The notes beneath the pieces are model-generated. The model ran no database searches and had not been told where the DNA came from. It saw only the letters and a program-made list of their open reading frames with translations. Below, one piece after another: positions 26,253-36,527 of a stretch of DNA of 64,000 nt. The position numbers and the translations under genes were made by a program. Source of the DNA: a virus (lineage: Duplodnaviria > Heunggongvirae > Uroviricota > Caudoviricetes); IMG/VR virus record IMGVR_UViG_3300046004_001633, positions 36,792 to 100,791 of that record; one strand, given 5' to 3'. Every line of letters begins with the position of its first letter. Position 1 is the first letter of the stretch.

Positions 26253-27585
26253 TGTTAATAGATTGTTGCAACTGCATTATCATTGTTTGATATTGGGCAG
26301 TGTGTGGAATCTCAAAGACATTGCGTCCTGGAAATTGATAATCATGTTCTGGGTGCATCATTAACATATGGCCGGTGTCATCTATTCCTAATACTTTGTG
26401 GGCTACGTCTTTCATTGTGATGCAGCCATCCTCAGTTGGTATCATTGTGCAACGTCCCGGGTGATCCCATTGTCCACGTGGATCTGTTACTGCTCCTGAT
26501 TTTTTAATAATAGATTTCCAATCCGTTGGATTCAATGATTTTCTTTTTGTTACGTGCATTATCAAAGATTCAGTCATCTCTTTCTCTACATCTTTCTGTA
26601 ACGATGATGGTAATATATATTTATCCATTTTTAGGGCTTTTGCTAATACTGCAACTAGACTTCCTCCTGGCGCGATGGCCATGGTGGTGAGACCTAGCAT
26701 TTTAATTACATCTCCTAATTGATTGCGAACCCATTTCCATTCTTCTGTGGTTAGCTTCTTTCCATTGATGTGTTGAAGAAGCATCTTCATGGCTTGTTTA
26801 GTCTCCGCAGTCTCGGTTTTCATTGCACCGAAGAATCTTTTTACTTGTTGCTTGGTTTTATCCTTTATATTGGATATATCTAGTTCATTTACAACACCTT
26901 CTAGCTCTAGACGTCCTTTTGATATAGATTGTTCTAGTCGGTTTAATCGTTCGATATATCCTTGATTACGAAGATGTTTGTATGCCATGTTTTCAATTGA
27001 GTATTCGCCTTCGGCTTCTAAACCGGTTTGGCGAAGATGTCGTAATCGTTGTTTTAAATTTTTAATTTTGAATTCTGCTTTTGGATCGGCATCTGTTAAT
27101 GCATCGATCTCATATTCATATGGTTCTGATTTTAATTGGATTGCTGCATCATCTATAGATACAATATCAGCACTAGGCTTTTGTAACCATTTGCCTTCTC
27201 GAACTGAATATATACCAACCGTTGAATGTAGATCCTGATTTGAATCTTGAGCATATAACTCTATGGTCATTCCTTTATATGTTAATGGATAATTCACATT
27301 CCAATTACTTTTTTTGGCGTGCATATAATTACTAACCAAATGCATATTGTCTCCAACAGCCATATAATTAACTACAACATGCAAATCAATATCGCTGAAT
27401 TTAGTCCAATTATAATTAGCATTGCTACCAATAAGAAGTACGTCCTCGATGCTAGTTTCTATTTCTAGGAAATCATAAAATGCTTTTGCAATTTTCATGA
27501 AGCCAATTCTCAGTTTTGGTTTCAACTGATCCCCGTCCCATAGTAATGGATTAAGTGTGCTATGTGTTTTATATTCCTGAATCAT
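26230..27585 (-). CDS. protein with N-terminal nucleotidyltransferase-fold domain
   Basis: LLIGSNANYNWTKFSDIDLHVVV fits the hG[GS]-x9-13-DhD NTase signature. Long coiled-coil middle. His/Cys-rich C-terminal region of unknown function. Confidence 0.45.
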   Translation of the reverse strand: MIQEYKTHSTLNPLLWDGDQLKPKLRIGFMKIAKAFYDFLEIETSIEDVLLIGSNANYNWTKFSDIDLHVVVNYMAVGDNMHLVSNYMHAKKSNWNVNYPLTYKGMTIELYAQDSNQDLHSTVGIYSVREGKWLQKPSADIVSIDDAAIQLKSEPYEYEIDALTDADPKAEFKIKNLKQRLRHLRQTGLEAEGEYSIENMAYKHLRNQGYIERLNRLEQSISKGRLELEGVVNELDISNIKDKTKQQVKRFFGAMKTETAETKQAMKMLLQHINGKKLTTEEWKWVRNQLGDVIKMLGLTTMAIAPGGSLVAVLAKALKMDKYILPSSLQKDVEKEMTESLIMHVTKRKSLNPTDWKSIIKKSGAVTDPRGQWDHPGRCTMIPTEDGCITMKDVAHKVLGIDDTGHMLMMHPEHDYQFPGRNVFEIPHTAQYQTMIMQLQQSINNGGIDAK

Positions 27586-27601
27586 ATATCAATAAATATG
27601 A

Positions 27602-27949
27602 TTATTTCCAAAAGAGCTGGACTATAATTAAAGAAAATGCTAACAACAATGATATTGCGGTTTTCACTGTGATTGCCTCTTCCCGGAATATGTAAGTCAT
27701 CAAAGTAAATATGAATATTCCAGCAACGAATGATACGAATCGACCAGGCCAGAATAGACCTCCAAACCCTGCAACTATTAAACGGGTTGCTTCCATAAAC
27801 AATGCCGTAATTGGAATGCCTAGGACAAGTAATCCTAATTTCCAGGTCTTAGCCCAAGGCCATATAAGTGGGCCATTGACTTGTACCCAAACGAGCACTT
27901 GTCCAACCAGAAATAAAAGAAATGAGAATAATATATAACGGTAATTCAT
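27602..27949 (-). CDS. 4-TM small membrane protein (GtrA/SMR-like or holin-like)
   Basis: 115 aa with four hydrophobic helices. Sits at the head of the lysis and glycosylation blocks. Confidence 0.45.
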   Translation of the reverse strand: MNYRYILFSFLLFLVGQVLVWVQVNGPLIWPWAKTWKLGLLVLGIPITALFMEATRLIVAGFGGLFWPGRFVSFVAGIFIFTLMTYIFREEAITVKTAISLLLAFSLIIVQLFWK

Positions 27950-27978
27950 ACCTTATTATAATGAAAAATCTTATATAA

Positions 27979-28446
27979 TCAAAGTCTTTCGCCTTTATGT
28001 TTGTCTAACTTATCTAAGATAGTATTCAATATATCAGCCTTAATAAATCCAGACATTGATGCGTTTTTAAGTGCACTTATTAATTGGAATACGATAAATG
28101 GAATAAGTATAGTTTCACTTAACCAGCCAGTACCAGTAAATCCTCGTTCTATGATTAATATAGTAGTTAAAAACATAACCCATATAAACAAAGTGCGAAT
28201 TACTTTTAATGCTTTGTATGTTTTGAATCCTTCTCGGCGTATGCCGGCAATGACTCCAAAGAACCCATCTAGTAATACTGTTGCAACTACTGCTAGATAT
28301 TGTTCAAAATTATCCAGGGTTAGTTTGAAAAAATATGAACATATAAATGATGTTATGGTAGTTAGGGATAATGCTATAATCAATGTGGTTGTTTTCATAT
28401 AAATAGTTCTTACAATGTTTTTAACATGGTTATCATTCGCGGACAT
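27979..28446 (-). CDS. membrane protein, holin-like
   Basis: 155 aa, 3-4 TM segments. Immediately 5' of and overlapping the amidase gene. Confidence 0.45.
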   Translation of the reverse strand: MSANDNHVKNIVRTIYMKTTTLIIALSLTTITSFICSYFFKLTLDNFEQYLAVVATVLLDGFFGVIAGIRREGFKTYKALKVIRTLFIWVMFLTTILIIERGFTGTGWLSETILIPFIVFQLISALKNASMSGFIKADILNTILDKLDKHKGERL

Positions 28447-29084
28447 GGATAAATATCAACTTTATCTTTTCTGTAGCTGTTATGCGAATATAATCCGTTA
28501 GTACCAGATAATGCTTTTGTGTTTACAATAAACATTTGATTGTAATCATATTTTAAATCGATGCCATATGTTTTAGACCAATAAACTAGAAGATCATGAG
28601 TTGCTTCAATTTGTGCATCTGAATAACGATGGAAGTGTGTATATCCTTTATACGGTGTTGCTAGTGTAGTAACTTGATCTGCTGGTACTTCTCGGTCTAC
28701 ATAGTTAATGTATTTACCGCCAATCAATTCTAATTGTCCCCAATTGCAAATTTCAATACCAATTGCAAGTTTATCTATTATTTGATGTGGAACTTTATAA
28801 GCTCTAAAGACTTCTTGTTTGATACCTAAATGATATGCCCAATGCTTTGAACTAAATCCTTGAACTATCTCGCCATCTACCGAGTTCTTTGCGCCTAGAC
28901 CTGATATTGATACACACGTTGCAATACGTCCTCGATCATCAGTATTCCAATTTTGCATTACATTAACCGCAGAAGCATTTCCAGCTGTATGGTGTAATAC
29001 TATTTGTTTCTTAGTTGTTTCCTCTTTGTAATACTGTGATTCACTTAATGGATACTGCTTAATCTTTGTTAAATCCAAACTCAT
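28410..29084 (-). CDS. N-acetylmuramoyl-L-alanine amidase (amidase_2/PGRP fold)
   Basis: KQIVLHHTAGNAS motif typical of T7-lysozyme/PGRP amidases. 224 aa. Confidence 0.65.
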   Translation of the reverse strand: MSLDLTKIKQYPLSESQYYKEETTKKQIVLHHTAGNASAVNVMQNWNTDDRGRIATCVSISGLGAKNSVDGEIVQGFSSKHWAYHLGIKQEVFRAYKVPHQIIDKLAIGIEICNWGQLELIGGKYINYVDREVPADQVTTLATPYKGYTHFHRYSDAQIEATHDLLVYWSKTYGIDLKYDYNQMFIVNTKALSGTNGLYSHNSYRKDKVDIYPCPRMITMLKTL

Positions 29085-29101
29085 TGTTATTCCTATGTAA
29101 A

Positions 29102-29359
29102 TTAAATTTCAGGTTCCTTATCTTTTGGTTCCTTAGCAAATTTTTCTACAGATGTACTAAATAGAGCTCCTATTACAATATATTTAATTGCATCTACTAA
29201 TACAGCAGATGGAGCAATTGATTTTGGATATAATGCGTTAATAAACATAATGATTATTAAACATAAAAATCCAATAAACCCAATTACCCGTTTTGAAGAT
29301 ACTTCTCCACTTTTGCAATCAGATAACATACTCTTTATAAAGCTTTTTTTTGTCGCCAC
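29102..29359 (-). CDS. small 2-TM membrane protein (holin-like)
   Basis: 85 aa: hydrophilic N-terminus, two TM helices, charged C-terminus KEPKDKEPEI. Confidence 0.45.
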   Translation of the reverse strand: MATKKSFIKSMLSDCKSGEVSSKRVIGFIGFLCLIIIMFINALYPKSIAPSAVLVDAIKYIVIGALFSTSVEKFAKEPKDKEPEI

Positions 29360-29416
29360 CGGTCATTCCTTTTTGCTGGAACTGATTCAATATCGTAACT
29401 TTATTATAAATATGGT

Positions 29417-30601
29417 TTAATCTACTTTAATCAGATTTTTTTCATAGGATTCAATATGATGGATTGTTATCTTGAGATTTCCTAAACGGAACTCGCCAAT
29501 TTCTCCAGATGCCTGTATAATTTCCGGAAGCAGGAATATATAAGCCGCATCATCATTTGTCATTCGTTTAGCATCAACTTCTACTACAATATCATCGTAA
29601 TCGTGTGGATTATTGTATTCGGCTGTCATGACTCTAGTTTTGAGATCAAACTTAGTTTTAGACTGTTCTGAATCAATGTAATGGGATGTTAACACCTGCA
29701 TTGTATCTTCTATATAGATTCGAGTGCAATATGGTTCTAATAATTCTAATATAGCACTAGTGCAATTTGCTACTTGTATTCCTATTTGATATACAGGAGC
29801 TTTGCTTCTAGTTCCCCATTTACGTATATAGTTCCGAAGTGATTGCAATTCAATTTGCTGAGTTCTATTTTGATATTCTTCTGAGAATCTAGATGTCTTG
29901 CTTACGAAGTGATAACACATTGCATCTAATGCTGTAAAACACGTCATACCTAATAACTCCCAACGTCGTATTAAATCATCATCTTCGCAGAACATTGGAT
30001 TAAATAAATTATCTAATCCTCCCATAGCTAATAACTTGATTCGAGACATACACATAAAGAATGTAATACCCGGCTCTGTTTTATCTGTATACTTGGATTT
30101 TTGTGTTTCTACATATGAGTATAAAGCCCCTTTATCAAATGTCTCTAGCTCCGTGCCTAAATCATGAATAAGTTTACCCGGGCGTTCGTGTCCTGCGAAT
30201 ATAGGCGGTTCTATTGTGGTATATGACACCACATTATCTGGACTGATATGTTTTTCTAGATTTTCTAAAAATCCAGGAGCCAACACAATATCATTATGAA
30301 GATATGCTACGTAATCTGTTGTTGCTAATTCAGCTGCTTTATTAAATGTATCAGCAAATGTTTTTTGTTCTTCTGAATAAAAGTACTTAAGATTATTATC
30401 TGCTAAACTATCTAACCATTCATGTGTACCATCTGTAGATCCATAACTTACAAAACATAATTCAACTTCTGGATACAATTCTCTTGTTGTTATGTAAAAG
30501 TGTTTATTGTAGTCTAAATTATTTTTTAATCCAACTAGTAGCGCTATGTTATTTTTCATATTAAATTTTAATGTATTGTCCATTATAGTATTGTACTCCA
30601 T
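29417..30601 (-). CDS. glycosyltransferase (GT2-like)
   Basis: 394 aa with CFVSYGSTDGTHEWL...YVAYLHNDIV DxD-like region. Confidence 0.5.
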   Translation of the reverse strand: MEYNTIMDNTLKFNMKNNIALLVGLKNNLDYNKHFYITTRELYPEVELCFVSYGSTDGTHEWLDSLADNNLKYFYSEEQKTFADTFNKAAELATTDYVAYLHNDIVLAPGFLENLEKHISPDNVVSYTTIEPPIFAGHERPGKLIHDLGTELETFDKGALYSYVETQKSKYTDKTEPGITFFMCMSRIKLLAMGGLDNLFNPMFCEDDDLIRRWELLGMTCFTALDAMCYHFVSKTSRFSEEYQNRTQQIELQSLRNYIRKWGTRSKAPVYQIGIQVANCTSAILELLEPYCTRIYIEDTMQVLTSHYIDSEQSKTKFDLKTRVMTAEYNNPHDYDDIVVEVDAKRMTNDDAAYIFLLPEIIQASGEIGEFRLGNLKITIHHIESYEKNLIKVD

Positions 30602-31253
30602 ATCCTAAAACTCGTTCCATGCCATGGGCTAATGAGTTTGGTATATGTCCTAATTCAAATTGATTGTATAACAGATCCAAATCAATATCCTTAAATAATA
30701 TAGTTAAATAAATTGAATTAACCAACCACATTGTGCCGGCAAAGAAAGCTCCTTCGTTTGATATATTCAAAAGTTGAGCTGCCTTGTTAATAAATTCTAT
30801 ATTATTTAGTCGATTAATATGATCAACTGGTTCTTTAAACATATCATGATAATATATAGTATTACCTAGCATCCATGGCCATGGAATTGAAACTGTTTGA
30901 TCTAGGATATTGTCATAGTTTTCAGCAATGCCAAAATATGATTCTTGTCGCCACCAGTCCCCTACTCCTGGAGTATGCACTGATTTCTTTCCGTGAATCT
31001 TAAGATACGTTGTGTAATCTAAATGTTTAATTTTATTATAAACATATATGAATGGAGCGACATCGGCGCCCCGATTTTCAATAACGAATAACTCAGTAGC
31101 AATCTTACGAATATCATCTAGAATCTGATTGGAAGAATCTGTTACTGTAACATATAAATGAACATCTAGGTTCTGTAGTAATGGTTGTAACTTTTCTTTA
31201 AATTCGTCCCATAGATCTAAATAATATAAATGTAAAATAATACAGTGTTTCAT
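30561..31253 (-). CDS. RgpF-like (rhamnan synthesis protein F family) glycosyltransferase
   Basis: N-terminal HCIILHLYYLDLWDEF matches the RgpF hLHlYY.DL signature. Confidence 0.5.
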   Translation of the reverse strand: MKHCIILHLYYLDLWDEFKEKLQPLLQNLDVHLYVTVTDSSNQILDDIRKIATELFVIENRGADVAPFIYVYNKIKHLDYTTYLKIHGKKSVHTPGVGDWWRQESYFGIAENYDNILDQTVSIPWPWMLGNTIYYHDMFKEPVDHINRLNNIEFINKAAQLLNISNEGAFFAGTMWLVNSIYLTILFKDIDLDLLYNQFELGHIPNSLAHGMERVLGYGVQYYNGQYIKI

Positions 31254-32122
31254 TATAAATTATTTATTATAGTCGTATATACATGTACATGTTGTTTTGC
31301 TACATATGTGCTAGCACATAGATCAGTTATGTAATCCGGGGCTTCAGTTTCTATACTTAAAATATTTCCTGCATTGTCAATTAAATACATATAGCCAGGA
31401 ACATCGCAACACCAACCTTCTAATGTAGTACGACCTAATAAAATACCTGCGGTGAAATTCATGCACTGCACTAAATTTTCAGTGTCCCATCGTTTATCAA
31501 CATATTTTATGTTAGGATGATTAAAATCAAATCGACTATCACTCATTAGATATAAGTCCCAATCATTTTCAATACACTGATTAACTAGATGTTGTACAGC
31601 ATTAAATCTAATTGGATCTAATACTTCGCCAACAAATATCCCAGAATGTTTGCTAAATTTAGTAGCATCTTCTGTGTTGAATCTAGATCGATCAATTGGA
31701 TTATAAATTAATGATACTTTTGATTTTGGTATTTTATAATCATTAACAAGCATATTAGCAATTGGTTGTCGTATTGCTATATAATGAGATATTCTAGAAT
31801 CTAATACCGGGTCTTCTGATCTAATTTCCGAATGGATGATACTAATGATTGGAGTACTAGCGAAATGGTTCAATATAAAGTTATTTACTTCAGGCTGACT
31901 AGCTACTATGATATCAAATTTTTCTGTAATATCCAAATTCGTAGTATCTAATTGCCTAACATGTTGTAATTTCAATCTAACTTCATTTGTCCAATCAATT
32001 TGCCGCAAAGTAAACAGTGTGACATCATGGCCTAGTAGATCCAATTCACGAGCTAATTCATAATGATACATTTCACTACCGCCAAATCCATTTGCATTAA
32101 TGCAAGATAAAAGTATTTTCAT
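31253..32122 (-). CDS. glycosyltransferase, GT-B (GT4-like)
   Basis: MKILLSCINANGFGGSEMYHYELARELDLLGHDVTLFT is a GT4-type N-terminus. Confidence 0.5.
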   Translation of the reverse strand: MKILLSCINANGFGGSEMYHYELARELDLLGHDVTLFTLRQIDWTNEVRLKLQHVRQLDTTNLDITEKFDIIVASQPEVNNFILNHFASTPIISIIHSEIRSEDPVLDSRISHYIAIRQPIANMLVNDYKIPKSKVSLIYNPIDRSRFNTEDATKFSKHSGIFVGEVLDPIRFNAVQHLVNQCIENDWDLYLMSDSRFDFNHPNIKYVDKRWDTENLVQCMNFTAGILLGRTTLEGWCCDVPGYMYLIDNAGNILSIETEAPDYITDLCASTYVAKQHVHVYTTIINNL

Positions 32123-32703
32123 GGTTTAAACTTTAAATAATTTTCTATAATAGATTCATTGTAATCCCGGAAACCGTCCTGTAAATCAGAATGGGATGGT
32201 AATTGATATGCAATCATTGGATCGCACATATACACGTTATGGTTTGCCATTAATTTTGAATAGCATACATCAATTTCAAAATCTAATTTCAAATTTAAAA
32301 TAGTATCATAAAATCGTTCATGAACCATATATGCGTGAGTTGTATATGCTCCTGATAATTTAAGTAGTAGCGTGGTAATACTATGAGCGGGTGAATTTAA
32401 ATTTGCTCCTAGATATAGCATATCCCATTGTTTGTTTTGAATTTGATCAAATGCTGAATTGAATATTGAAATGCAATTATCAGTAAACATGGCGTCGTCT
32501 TCTAAAATTAATACATACGGTAAATTATTATCTTTTGCAAGTTGTATACATTTAAGATGTGACGCAAAACATGTTTTTGTTTCATCCCGGATTGCATCGA
32601 CAATTTCATATGATAGTCTCGGGAGTTTTTTTATTTCTTCGAGAATATATGATTTTCTATCCGTACGTTCTTTTAAATTTATTATGTATGTAGGTATCAT
32701 CAC
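32119..32703 (-). CDS. glycosyltransferase family 25 (LOS/LPS galactosyltransferase-like)
   Basis: IPTYIINLKERTDRK, CFASHL and ILEDDA motifs of GT25. Confidence 0.6.
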   Translation of the reverse strand: MMIPTYIINLKERTDRKSYILEEIKKLPRLSYEIVDAIRDETKTCFASHLKCIQLAKDNNLPYVLILEDDAMFTDNCISIFNSAFDQIQNKQWDMLYLGANLNSPAHSITTLLLKLSGAYTTHAYMVHERFYDTILNLKLDFEIDVCYSKLMANHNVYMCDPMIAYQLPSHSDLQDGFRDYNESIIENYLKFKP

Positions 32704-33680
32704 AGATCTTTGTTATACGTAGTTAACCAATATTCTATCATTTCATCTAACATTGTTTCAAGCGTGTATGTGTGTTTCCAACCAATTTTTTGTATTAATT
32801 TAGTTGGATCTCCCTTAAGGTTATGTAGTTCCTCGGGACGTAAATATCGATTATCGGTAATTACATAATCTTTCCAATCTAGATCTAGATATGAAAATAC
32901 ATACTTACATAAATCTTTTACTGAGTGAGATACGCCGGTAGCACACACATAATCATCAGGTTCATCCATTTGTAACATTGACCACATAGCTTCTACATAA
33001 TCTTTTGCATGTCCCCAATCTCTAGTTGCGTCTAGATTACCTAATTTTAGTTTATCAGATAGTCCCAATTTAATTCTAACTGCTTCTTTACAAACTTTAT
33101 TAGTTACAAAGTTAGTGCCACGTCTAGGTGATTCGTGATTAAATAATATCCCATTTGAAATAAACATATTATATGAATGTCGGTAATTCCTACTTATATT
33201 ATAAGCATATACTTTTGCACAACCATATGGCGATACTGGATTCATGGAAGTTGTTTCTCGCTGATATCCGTCGCTATCTATATTATTGCCAAACATTTCA
33301 GAAGACGATGCTTGGTATATTTTAGTATCTGGTTTTATCAATCGAATAGCTTCTAATAAATTTAATGTTCCAACTCCCGTTGCCTGCGCAGTATATACTG
33401 GCTGATCAAATGATATTCCTACATGAGACTGTGCTGCTAAATTATATACTTCATCTGGCATTACTTTTGTAATAACTCTTACTAATGAAGCCATGTCGGT
33501 TAAATCAGCATATTCTAGTTGTATTTTATTAAATACAGTATCGAGTCTAAATGTTTGATTCTCAGCTACTGAGTTTCTTTTTAGTGTACCAGTTACTTCA
33601 TATCCTTTAGATAATAGCAATTCGGCTAAATATGATCCATCTTGGCCGTTTATACCTGTTATTAATGCTTTTTTAATCAT
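32700..33680 (-). CDS. gmd: GDP-mannose 4,6-dehydratase
   Basis: KALITGINGQDGSYLAELLL, YNLAAQSHV, YGCAKVYAY, NGILFNHESPRRG, DWGHAKDYV and LKGDPTK are near-identical to the E. coli Gmd signature blocks. Confidence 0.85.
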   Translation of the reverse strand: MIKKALITGINGQDGSYLAELLLSKGYEVTGTLKRNSVAENQTFRLDTVFNKIQLEYADLTDMASLVRVITKVMPDEVYNLAAQSHVGISFDQPVYTAQATGVGTLNLLEAIRLIKPDTKIYQASSSEMFGNNIDSDGYQRETTSMNPVSPYGCAKVYAYNISRNYRHSYNMFISNGILFNHESPRRGTNFVTNKVCKEAVRIKLGLSDKLKLGNLDATRDWGHAKDYVEAMWSMLQMDEPDDYVCATGVSHSVKDLCKYVFSYLDLDWKDYVITDNRYLRPEELHNLKGDPTKLIQKIGWKHTYTLETMLDEMIEYWLTTYNKDL

Positions 33681-34833
33681 TATTAATTATTTTTATTACT
33701 CGATCTAATTCGATATTAGTTAAACTTTGATGATTTGGAATATAAAATCCATATTTATCTACTAGTTCACAATTTTGTAATCCTGGCTTATTAAAATGTT
33801 CATACCAAAATGGCTTATTGGCTAAATTCCCAGCAATCAATGGTCGGCACTCAATATTATTTTCAATTAAATTATTTACTATTGATTCTTTATTTTTACT
33901 AACAATTGGCATTGCAAAATTTGAGATAAAGTTAGTAGGCGATATTTGTATATTTAATTCATTACCTGTAATATTATTTATATAGTAATTAAAATTTGAA
34001 TTCCTGGCTGATGAAAATGTATCTAATTTATCGATTGCTTTGATGCCAATAAATGCTTGTAGATCAGTGGATCTTAAATTCATTCCTGGCAAATAAAAGT
34101 TATATAGATTTTCGAATTGATTTAAATTATACTTTTCTTTATAATTTTCTTGTTGTTGGGTTGGTAAATCTCTTGCCCATCCATGGCTTCTCATCATTAA
34201 TAATGCATAGTATAATTCTTCATCATTTGTATTAATAAAGCCGCCTTCAATAGTACTTAAGTGATGACCGAAATACATAGAGAAAAAGGAAGCCATTCCA
34301 AATGTACCTAAATAGCTATCATTAAACTTAGAACCCATACTTTCACATACGTCTTCTAATAAAACAACATCATAGTTTTTACATAGTTCTAAAATTTTAT
34401 CCATTTGTGGAACTAGACCTAAAACTGATACTAATATAACAGCTGCAGGTGATTCTTGTATAAATAATGATTCTAGGTGTACCAGATCACATGATAAATC
34501 AGTTAAGTTACAATCACATAATATTGGATCAAATCCTAATAATATAGGCGATGATAAATCAGTAGCCCAACTTAGAGCTGGCACGACTATTTTATTATTT
34601 TTTAATCTGTTTGTATGTTTTAATGCTGCTAATGTTAACAATATAGATGAAGATCCCGAGTTAACAAATACTGAATATTTTGATCCTAACTTATCAGCCC
34701 ATTTTTTTTCTAATTCAATTGTTAGATCTCCTTTGGTTAATCTTGGTATTGGATCTTGTTTTAACCAGTCGATTAGACTGTCAATATCAACGCGATTAAT
34801 TGTATCACTTACCAGTTGTATATTTTTATCCAT
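33673..34833 (-). CDS. DegT/DnrJ/EryC1 aminotransferase-fold enzyme, ColD-like (active-site Lys replaced by His)
   Basis: SGSSSILLTLAALK PLP-fold region. In SFFSMYFGHHLSTIEGG the position of the Schiff-base Lys (SFHxxK....GEGG) is His. This is the hallmark of GDP-4-keto-6-deoxymannose 3-dehydratase ColD. Confidence 0.55.
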   Translation of the reverse strand: MDKNIQLVSDTINRVDIDSLIDWLKQDPIPRLTKGDLTIELEKKWADKLGSKYSVFVNSGSSSILLTLAALKHTNRLKNNKIVVPALSWATDLSSPILLGFDPILCDCNLTDLSCDLVHLESLFIQESPAAVILVSVLGLVPQMDKILELCKNYDVVLLEDVCESMGSKFNDSYLGTFGMASFFSMYFGHHLSTIEGGFINTNDEELYYALLMMRSHGWARDLPTQQQENYKEKYNLNQFENLYNFYLPGMNLRSTDLQAFIGIKAIDKLDTFSSARNSNFNYYINNITGNELNIQISPTNFISNFAMPIVSKNKESIVNNLIENNIECRPLIAGNLANKPFWYEHFNKPGLQNCELVDKYGFYIPNHQSLTNIELDRVIKIINND

Positions 34834-34880
34834 ATAATTCTTTTTATTAATATAATTAAATTATTTCATTAATCCAAATT
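34834..34880 (-). promoter_or_regulatory. sigma70-like promoter TTGGAT-N17-TATATT
   Basis: Minus strand TTGGAT (34877..34872), 17-nt spacer, TATATT (34854..34849). Upstream of the ColD-like gene. Confidence 0.45.
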
Positions 34881-34885
34881 GAATT

Positions 34886-35503
34886 TTATTCGATTATCGA
34901 CCAACTCTCCCAGATCCAATCATAATTCCACGACAATGTATGTGTTTTAGATAATTGTTCATGAATAGCCGTTCTACGTATGTCACAATCTGGTATAAAT
35001 CTATGAAACTGCACTTGTAAGTTTTTTATAGTTGATAACATTTTTTGATCGATTAATCTTTCTATTACATCATATTCAGAACCTTCTATATTTAACTTAA
35101 GTAAATCTACTGACTGTATTTTATTTGAACGTAAATATTTAGAAATATCAATACACTGAATTGTTTCACTACTGCCAGATCCATATAGCGATGACCCATC
35201 ATTATCTAAATAAATTATATCTTCTTTTGTCGAATTTGATAATCCTAATTGATTAATAATAATTTTCGGATTTGAACTAAATTTAGATTCTAATACATCA
35301 AACATTGATTTTATCGGTTCAAATATATGTACATAACAATCGTATTTATCATGTATAATATCTGTAAATTCCCCTCGATATCCGCCGGCGTCTATCACAA
35401 TCGAATCTTTAGTTAAATTATAAGTATACTGTAAATTTTGTGTTTGATTTGCATTTACAAAATTATTATATACTTGCATATCAAATGGAACGTAAAATTT
35501 CAT
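34886..35503 (-). CDS. FkbM-family methyltransferase
   Basis: VIDAGGYRGEFT SAM-binding glycine motif of the FkbM family. 205 aa. Confidence 0.55.
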   Translation of the reverse strand: MKFYVPFDMQVYNNFVNANQTQNLQYTYNLTKDSIVIDAGGYRGEFTDIIHDKYDCYVHIFEPIKSMFDVLESKFSSNPKIIINQLGLSNSTKEDIIYLDNDGSSLYGSGSSETIQCIDISKYLRSNKIQSVDLLKLNIEGSEYDVIERLIDQKMLSTIKNLQVQFHRFIPDCDIRRTAIHEQLSKTHTLSWNYDWIWESWSIIE

Positions 35504-35504
35504 A

Positions 35505-36527
35505 TTAATCCTTATTTAAAATTGTGTTATACCATGTTATGAATTCAACTACGCCGTCCTTTATAGATTTCAATTGAAAACTACCAAATTCATTTTTATA
35601 TCGATCCAATGAATTCCATACAATAGTTGGCGCAGAAACTGATACTGCATTATTTGATTTACCTTTTATAATTTCTTTATTAACAGTTGCTCCTATAATT
35701 TCAGCCAATTCATGAATTGTGCATTCTTCTTCGCCGCATATATTATATACATTCTGTGTTCCATTTAATGCAATGTTTAATAGCATCAATGTAAAGTCAG
35801 TAACATGTAAATAGCGTCGTTTAGCACTACCATCATCAAATAACTGTATTGTATCGTTTGACCCTATAGCCTTCTGTACTAATTCACTTAATACTCGAGA
35901 ATCATCTTCTAATACGCCTGGGCCGTAACATAATGATACTCGTGCTGAAATTGCATTATATCCTTGGTTTCTTAAATTGTTAACAATCAATTCGCCGTTA
36001 ACTTTTCCTAAAATATAAAAGTTTCGTTTATTATTCAAATCAATATTAATATTATCTGATTCGGTATGTGCTGTTTGTTTATCAGATGCTGAGTATATTT
36101 CTGAACTACTTAAATAAATACATGTTGCGTTTGAATTACTATTGAAAATGGATTCAAATGTATTAGCTACTCCGTATGAATTAAGTAATAAAGTAGTCAT
36201 CGATTGTGATAAAAATTTTAAAGGTTGAGCATATCCTGCACAATAGAAACAAAAATTAATATCGGGAACTATTAAATTATCTTTTGATAAATCAGTACTT
36301 ATATATGTAACATCATCTCTATCTAACAAATGTATTATTCGACTAGGTATTGTCGATAAACTAGTTAATGTTAATTTAATGTTGTAATCATGAGTATCAT
36401 TTAAATATGAGAATAAATCAGCTAGAAATCCCCCTATAAGCCCATTAGCACCAGTAATTAAAATGTTAGCATTACTAAGCTTAGTTAAATTTAGTTGTGA
36501 TATAATTTTTTCGTAATCGTGTTTCAT
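35505..36527 (-). CDS. NAD-dependent epimerase/dehydratase (extended SDR; candidate GDP-sugar 4-reductase/epimerase)
   Basis: ILITGANGLIGGFL Rossmann motif and YILGK (YxxxK). Confidence 0.6.
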   Translation of the reverse strand: MKHDYEKIISQLNLTKLSNANILITGANGLIGGFLADLFSYLNDTHDYNIKLTLTSLSTIPSRIIHLLDRDDVTYISTDLSKDNLIVPDINFCFYCAGYAQPLKFLSQSMTTLLLNSYGVANTFESIFNSNSNATCIYLSSSEIYSASDKQTAHTESDNINIDLNNKRNFYILGKVNGELIVNNLRNQGYNAISARVSLCYGPGVLEDDSRVLSELVQKAIGSNDTIQLFDDGSAKRRYLHVTDFTLMLLNIALNGTQNVYNICGEEECTIHELAEIIGATVNKEIIKGKSNNAVSVSAPTIVWNSLDRYKNEFGSFQLKSIKDGVVEFITWYNTILNKD

